NCBI GenBank assembly: GCA_031119475.1
Contig: JAVHXV010000008.1
Coordinates: 83,244 to 147,243, forward strand
DNA length: 64,000 nucleotides
Direction of reading: 5' to 3'
DNA from: Pedobacter sp.
GTDB taxonomy: Bacteria; Bacteroidota; Bacteroidia; Sphingobacteriales; Sphingobacteriaceae
Each line of letters begins with the position of its first letter. The first letter of the stretch is position 1. Positions 58,858-64,000 of this stretch are shown here, in pieces. The notes beneath the pieces are model-generated. The model saw nothing but the letters and a program-made list of their open reading frames with translations, was not told where the DNA came from and searched no databases. The translations under genes and the position numbers were made by a program.

Positions 58858-60201
58858 TTAAAGTGCGGCACCTCCGCCTGCAGGAATTCCTGTGCGGCCT
58901 GTAACCCTTCCGGTCTTCATCAGGCCATCATAGTGGCGCATCAATAGATAACTTTCGATCTGCTGTAGGGTATCCAATACTACACCGACCAAGATCAACA
59001 GGGAAGTACCGCCAAAGAAATGCGCAAACTCCTGATTGATATTTGCTTTTACCGCAATAGATGGAAGAATGGCGATAATGGCCAAGAACAACGATCCCGG
59101 GAAAGTAATCTTGGAGATTACATCGTCGATGAAAGTTGAAGTGGCCAGACCTGGTTTTACGCCAGGAATAAATCCATTATTCTTTTTCATGTCATCCGAC
59201 ATTTGGGTCGGATTAACTGTAATTGCAGTATAAAAGAAAGTAAAGGCAATGATCAAGAAGGCAAATGTTGCACTGTAGGTCACCGAAGTGATGTCTACAT
59301 AATTATGCAGCCAGCTGCTCTGTAGATTTGGGAACATGCCGATGATGGCACTAGGAATGAACATCAGGGCCTGGGCAAAGATGATCGGCATTACACCAGC
59401 AGCATTTACCTTCAGCGGGATGTACTGCCTAACTCCTCCAACCTGACGGTTACCAACAATCCGTTTTGCGTACTGTACCGGCACTTTGCGGACACCCTGA
59501 ACAATCAGGATCGTAAACATGATCACAGCGAAGAGCGCAACGATTTCGAGCACCAATCTGATCAGACCTCCATCGTTACCTGCAAAAAGTGCAGAGAACT
59601 CTGAAGTTACCGCTGCCGGAAGGCGCGCGATAATTCCCACCATGATGATGAGCGAAGTACCATTGCCAATTCCCTTATCGGTGATTTTCTCGCCCAACCA
59701 CATCACGAACAATGTCCCCGCAGTCAATACAAATGCGCTGAGCACGTAAAACAAAGTAGGAGACGAGATCAATACCGCTGTTGGATGTGGGCTAACGATC
59801 TGTGTCTTCACATAGCCGATTGACTGTACCAAGGTAATGGCTACGGTCAGGTAACGGGTGATCTGTGTAAGTTTCTTACGGCCACTTTCACCTTCCTTCT
59901 GCATTTTTTGGAAAGTAGGCACGGCAATGCCCAATAACTGAACTACGATAGATGCAGAAATATATGGCATAACACCCAATGCAACGATAGATACTTTAGA
60001 GAAAGCACCTCCTGCAAACATATCCAATAGGCCTAAGATTCCTGTCTTTTCATTGTTCACAATCTGCGATGGGTCTACGCCTGGCAATACCACCTGGCAA
60101 ACGATCCTGTAGATCACAAGAATGGTAAGCGTATAGAGAATACGTTCCTTTAGTTCTTGGATTTTCCAAATATTACTTAAAGTAGTAAATAGCTTCTTCA
60201 T
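58858..60201 (-). CDS. secY: Preprotein translocase SecY
   Basis: LGVMPYISASI, GIGNGTSLII, AGVMPIIFA, IPGVKPG, GGTSLLI. Confidence 0.98.
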   Translation of the reverse strand: MKKLFTTLSNIWKIQELKERILYTLTILVIYRIVCQVVLPGVDPSQIVNNEKTGILGLLDMFAGGAFSKVSIVALGVMPYISASIVVQLLGIAVPTFQKMQKEGESGRKKLTQITRYLTVAITLVQSIGYVKTQIVSPHPTAVLISSPTLFYVLSAFVLTAGTLFVMWLGEKITDKGIGNGTSLIIMVGIIARLPAAVTSEFSALFAGNDGGLIRLVLEIVALFAVIMFTILIVQGVRKVPVQYAKRIVGNRQVGGVRQYIPLKVNAAGVMPIIFAQALMFIPSAIIGMFPNLQSSWLHNYVDITSVTYSATFAFLIIAFTFFYTAITVNPTQMSDDMKKNNGFIPGVKPGLATSTFIDDVISKITFPGSLFLAIIAILPSIAVKANINQEFAHFFGGTSLLILVGVVLDTLQQIESYLLMRHYDGLMKTGRVTGRTGIPAGGGAAL

Positions 60202-60204
60202 TAA

Positions 60205-60651
60205 TTACAGTTTTACGATTGAGCCTCCAGCAGCTTCGATTGCTTTTTGCGCACTGGCAGAAAAAGCGTGAGCTGTAACATCTAATTTCGCTTTAACTTC
60301 TCCACGACCTAAGATTTTTACCAGGTCATTTTTAGAAGCCAAACCGTGTTGTTGCAAGGCGGCAAAATCAATAGTTGTCAAGTTGAATTTTTCTGCCAAT
60401 CCTTGAAGTACATCTAAATTCACACCCACATATTCGGTACGGTTGATTGGCTTGAAGCCAACTTTAGGTACACGACGTTGCAAAGGCATCTGACCACCTT
60501 CGAAACCGATCTTAGTTTTATGACCAGAACGTGATCCGGCTCCCTTATGGCCACGGGTCGAAGTACCACCACGACCAGAACCTTGTCCACGACCAATCCT
60601 TTTTACTTTTTTTGTAGAACCTGCTGCAGGTTTTAAATTACTTAAGTTCAT
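60205..60651 (-). CDS. rplO: 50S ribosomal protein L15
   Basis: RIGRGQGSG, GFEGGQMPL.RR.PK. Confidence 0.98.
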   Translation of the reverse strand: MNLSNLKPAAGSTKKVKRIGRGQGSGRGGTSTRGHKGAGSRSGHKTKIGFEGGQMPLQRRVPKVGFKPINRTEYVGVNLDVLQGLAEKFNLTTIDFAALQQHGLASKNDLVKILGRGEVKAKLDVTAHAFSASAQKAIEAAGGSIVKL

Positions 60652-60755
60652 TGTTTAAACTTGTTATGTTGCCCTTCGCTTTCACTAATCAGGAACAACG
60701 ATAAATAAAATAATCAGTCCGGACAAATCCGAACTGATCTTTAATAATTCTTTTT

Positions 60756-60935
60756 TTAGATCGCTTCGATCGCTACCAAGTGGTTAACTGCTCTTACCAT
60801 TCCGATAATGGCAGCGTTGGCCTCAACTTCTACACTTTGGTTAACTTTTGTTAAGCCTAATGCTTTCATTGTTCTTTTTTGGCGTTCGCTTCTATCGATA
60901 ATGCTCTTTACTTGGGTTATTTTAATTTTCGCCAT
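60756..60935 (-). CDS. rpmD: 50S ribosomal protein L30, not in the ORF track
   Basis: MAKIKITQVKSIIDRSERQKRTMKALGL...GMVRAVNHLV. Confidence 0.96.
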   Translation of the reverse strand: MAKIKITQVKSIIDRSERQKRTMKALGLTKVNQSVEVEANAAIIGMVRAVNHLVAIEAI

Positions 60936-60939
60936 GATC

Positions 60940-61458
60940 TTATCCGTTAAAAACTTTATTTAAATCAACCCCGCGGTTTTGGGCAACAGTGTAGGCATCG
61001 CGCATTTTGGTCAATGCATCTACTGTAGCTTTTACCACGTTGTGTGGGTTTGATGAACCTTTTGATTTGGCCAATACGTTATGGATACCGGCACTCTCCA
61101 ATACTGCACGCATCGCACCACCAGCAATAACTCCAGTACCGATTGCAGCAGGTTTGATTAAAACGAAACCACCTGAAAATTTACCGATCTGCTCATGGGG
61201 CACAGTTCCTTTTAAGATTGGAACTTTTACCAAGTTTTTCTTTGCATCGTCGATACCTTTGGCAATTGCTTCGGTCACCTCTTTTGCTTTGCCCAAACCA
61301 TAACCTACAACGCCGTTTTCATCGCCCACAACCACAATGGCTGAGAAGCTGAACGTACGTCCACCTTTGGTTACCTTGGCAACACGCTGTATGCTAACTA
61401 AACGATCTTTCAATTCGATTTCGCTAGTCTTTACTCTTTTTATATTGATAGTTGACAT
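60940..61458 (-). CDS. rpsE: 30S ribosomal protein S5
   Basis: [21 protein letters not shown]. Confidence 0.98.
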   Translation of the reverse strand: MSTINIKRVKTSEIELKDRLVSIQRVAKVTKGGRTFSFSAIVVVGDENGVVGYGLGKAKEVTEAIAKGIDDAKKNLVKVPILKGTVPHEQIGKFSGGFVLIKPAAIGTGVIAGGAMRAVLESAGIHNVLAKSKGSSNPHNVVKATVDALTKMRDAYTVAQNRGVDLNKVFNG

Positions 61459-61475
61459 TTGATCTTTTTCTTAGA

Positions 61476-61829
61476 TTAAAATACTAAACCAGCTTCGCGG
61501 GCACCTTCTGCCAACGATTTGACACGGCCATGGTATAAATAACCATTCCTGTCGAAAACAACTTCCTTGATTCCTGCTGCGATTGCTTTTTCGGCAACCA
61601 ATTTGCCTACCGCTACAGATTGATCAATTTTTGTTCCTTTACCAGTAAAATCTTTAGATAAAGATGATGCTGAAACCAAGGTAATACCAGTTACATCGTT
61701 AATGATCTGCGCATAAATCCCTTTATTGCTTCTATAAACTGATAAACGTGGACGGTTTTCAGAACCAGTCAATCTTTTTCTGATACCTTTTTTAATACGA
61801 TCTCTACGAGATAATTTTTTTCCTGCCAT
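61476..61829 (-). CDS. rplR: 50S ribosomal protein L18
   Basis: [23 protein letters not shown]. Confidence 0.98.
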   Translation of the reverse strand: MAGKKLSRRDRIKKGIRKRLTGSENRPRLSVYRSNKGIYAQIINDVTGITLVSASSLSKDFTGKGTKIDQSVAVGKLVAEKAIAAGIKEVVFDRNGYLYHGRVKSLAEGAREAGLVF

Positions 61830-61834
61830 TTTAA

Positions 61835-62392
61835 TTATTTTTTAGAAGCTGATTTACCTGCTTTTCTTCTCAACACTTCACCAACAAACTTGATACCTTT
61901 ACCTTTGTAAGGCTCTGGAGCACGTAGCGAGCGGATTTTTGCAGCTACCTGGCCGATCAGTTGTTTATCGATACTCTCTAAAATGATTTTAGGAGTCTGA
62001 CCTTTTTCAGATGTGGTGGTTACTTTAATTTCTTGTGGCAATTGGAATACATAGTGGTGCGAATATCCTAAAACCAGATCCAAAGTATTGCCTTGGTTAG
62101 TGGCACGGTAACCCACACCTACTAATTCTTGTTCTATTTTATAGCCTTCTGTAACACCAACAACCATATTATTGATCAAAGAGCGATACAAACCATGAAG
62201 GGCTTTGTGTCTTTTCTGATCAGTTGGGCGACTAACGGTTAAAATGTTATCTTCTTGTTTAACGCTAAGTTCTGCATCTACTTGCTGACTTAATTCTCCT
62301 TTTGGCCCTTTAACGGTGACTAAATTTTCGTTAGAAACTGTTACGGTTACGCCAGCAGGCACGTTAATTGGATTCTTTCCTATTCTTGACAT
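61835..62392 (-). CDS. rplF: 50S ribosomal protein L6
   Basis: [20 protein letters not shown]. Confidence 0.98.
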   Translation of the reverse strand: MSRIGKNPINVPAGVTVTVSNENLVTVKGPKGELSQQVDAELSVKQEDNILTVSRPTDQKRHKALHGLYRSLINNMVVGVTEGYKIEQELVGVGYRATNQGNTLDLVLGYSHHYVFQLPQEIKVTTTSEKGQTPKIILESIDKQLIGQVAAKIRSLRAPEPYKGKGIKFVGEVLRRKAGKSASKK

Positions 62393-62408
62393 TGTGTAAT
62401 CCTCCTAA

Positions 62409-62807
62409 TTAATAAACATGACACAATACCTCACCGCCAATGTTCAATTTGGCTGCTTCTTTATCGGTCATTACACCTTTAGAAGTAGATAAGATTGCGA
62501 TACCTAAACCATTTAATACTCTTGGCATGTTTTCAACGCCTGCGTATTGCCTTAAACCTGGTTTGCTGATACGGGTTAAAGTACGGATAGCTGAAACCTT
62601 GGTAATTGCGTTATACTTTAAAGCAATTTTGATTACGCCCTGAGTTGTTGTGTCTTCAAACTTGTAGTTTGCGATGTAACCTTTGTCAAAAAGTACTTTT
62701 GTGATTTCCTTTTTAAGGTTTGAAGCAGGGATTTCTACAATTCTGTGGTTGGCCTTAATGGCGTTTCTCACCCTTGTCAGATAATCTGCTATTGGATCTG
62801 TATTCAT
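62409..62807 (-). CDS. rpsH: 30S ribosomal protein S8
   Basis: MNTDPIADYLTRVRNA, SKPGLR.Y, STSKG. Confidence 0.98.
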   Translation of the reverse strand: MNTDPIADYLTRVRNAIKANHRIVEIPASNLKKEITKVLFDKGYIANYKFEDTTTQGVIKIALKYNAITKVSAIRTLTRISKPGLRQYAGVENMPRVLNGLGIAILSTSKGVMTDKEAAKLNIGGEVLCHVY

Positions 62808-62821
62808 TATGATTGATTTGT

Positions 62822-62864
62822 GATAGTGGTATCCTGCAGCCACCCGGCTTCTGGACCTACTATC
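62822..62864 (-). promoter_or_regulatory. Candidate S8-binding leader hairpin (16S helix-21 mimic)
   Basis: GAUAGU-A-GGUCC...GGAUACC-ACUAUC, ending 14 nt upstream of the rpsH ATG. Confidence 0.6.
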
Positions 62865-62971
62865 GGTTAATATTCTTTTGTTGAGTAGCAAGTATAAAAT
62901 ATCAAGTATCAAGATAGAATCTGATCAACAGACTGTCTTGATACCTGATACTTATGTCTTGATACTTAATC

Positions 62972-63241
62972 TTACCAAGAAGCTTTTCTAACCCCAGGGA
63001 TCTTGCCATCTAGGGCCATTTCGCGGAATGTTACCCTTGAAATGCCAAATGTACGCATGTATCCACGAGGACGGCCAGTTAACTTGCAACGGTTGTGCAA
63101 ACGTACAGCCGATGAATTTTTTGGTAATTTATCTAAGCCTTCGTAATCACCTGCAGCTTTTAAAGCAGCACGTTTTTCTGCATATTTCGCCACCAATTTT
63201 TGGCGCTTAATTTCGCGAGCTTTTACACCTTCTTTTGCCAT
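62972..63241 (-). CDS. rpsN: 30S ribosomal protein S14 (89-aa zinc-independent type)
   Basis: [23 protein letters not shown]. Confidence 0.98.
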   Translation of the reverse strand: MAKEGVKAREIKRQKLVAKYAEKRAALKAAGDYEGLDKLPKNSSAVRLHNRCKLTGRPRGYMRTFGISRVTFREMALDGKIPGVRKASW

Positions 63242-63807
63242 TATTGCTCTGTTTTTTGATTTTTAAATGGTAATCCAAATTGTTTTAAAAGTTCCAACGC
63301 CTCAACATCATTTTTGGCAGAAGTTACAAACGTAATGTCCATACCTAAAATTTTATTGATCTTGTCGATGTTGATCTCTGGGAAGATAATCTGCTCGGTG
63401 ATCCCTAGCGTGTAGTTACCTTTTCCATCAAAACCTTTATCGTTGATACCTTTGAAATCACGGATACGAGGCAAAGCTACGGAAATTAATCGATCTAAGA
63501 ACTCGTACATGTTATTATCACGTAACGTTACCCTTACACCAACTGGCATACCTTTACGTAATTTAAAGTTGGAGATATCTTTTTTAGATTTTGCCCCTAC
63601 TGCTTGTTGACCAGCGATAGTTGACATCTCCAAAATTGAGCTGTCCATTACTTTTTTATCGGTTACGGAATAACGACCAACACCCTGGTTAATCGCAATT
63701 TTTTCCAATTTAGGAACCTGCATGATGCTTTTGTAATTGAACTTGTCTTTAAGTGCAGTTACAATTTCCTCTTTATACTTGCTTTTTAATCTTGGTACGT
63801 ATGCCAT
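63241..63807 (-). CDS. rplE: 50S ribosomal protein L5
   Basis: VPKLEKI, FKLRKG, LPRIRDF.G, FPEI. Confidence 0.98.
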   Translation of the reverse strand: MAYVPRLKSKYKEEIVTALKDKFNYKSIMQVPKLEKIAINQGVGRYSVTDKKVMDSSILEMSTIAGQQAVGAKSKKDISNFKLRKGMPVGVRVTLRDNNMYEFLDRLISVALPRIRDFKGINDKGFDGKGNYTLGITEQIIFPEINIDKINKILGMDITFVTSAKNDVEALELLKQFGLPFKNQKTEQ

Positions 63808-64000
63808 TATTTGATTTCCTCCCCTGATACTTTAGCAACTCTCACTAATTTTCCATCAGCATTTAATTTTCTGCCAACGCGGGTAGTCTTACCAGATTTT
63901 GGATCAACTAACTGTACGTTTGAAATATGGAGTGCAGCTTCTTTTTTAATAATACCACCATTTGGTGTCGCAGCGTTTGGCTTGGTATGTTTTGAAATCA
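63807..64000 (-). CDS. rplX: 50S ribosomal protein L24, 5' truncated by the window edge
   Basis: ..[32 protein letters not shown]..; position before rplE. Confidence 0.95.
   Translation of the reverse strand, partial: ISKHTKPNAATPNGGIIKKEAALHISNVQLVDPKSGKTTRVGRKLNADGKLVRVAKVSGEEIK

Noticed and set aside
62808-62912. N-terminal extension of S8 in the ORF track
   Set aside because: The true start is MNTDP at 62807; the extension overlaps repeats and the leader hairpin. Similar over-extended starts were trimmed for DUF5606, the ECF sigma, SusD, the small lipoprotein, CAT and the methyltransferase
1-64000. tRNA, rRNA, IS, integrase or prophage
   Set aside because: No such sequence or ORF recognised by eye; a tRNAscan/ISEScan run would be needed to exclude them formally

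Overview
Chromosomal window from a Bacteroidota genome, most likely Sphingobacteriaceae/Pedobacter-like. This is inferred from gene content, TAnnTTTG promoters and heptamer intergenic repeats. Most of it is housekeeping: DEAD-box helicase, gpsA, TolC plus adaptor, aconitase, GH1, rlmH, cyclophilin, punA, lpxK, pruA, SulP with carbonic anhydrase, a carboxyltransferase, M42 peptidase, dnaK, and the distal spc/alpha ribosomal cluster (rplX to rplQ). The main accessory locus (31.8-43.6 kb) is an ECF-sigma/FecR/SusC/SusD system with no CAZyme. It instead carries a periplasmic M16 zinc protease and two surface lipoproteins, making it a candidate protein or peptide import-and-degrade system, with a DonS-like antisense sRNA signature upstream of susC. 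Notable non-coding signals include rRNA-mimic hairpins in front of rpsH (S8 site) and rplO (23S H29-like), an orphan sigma-54 promoter module pointing antisense through a deacetylase toward tolC, a sigma-54 module at dnaK, a candidate poly-proline leader protein, REP-like palindromes, a 95-bp tandem repeat and a nested 11-bp-period inverted repeat. I saw no tRNA, rRNA, CRISPR array, IS or phage. All calls come from reading the sequence; no searches were run.
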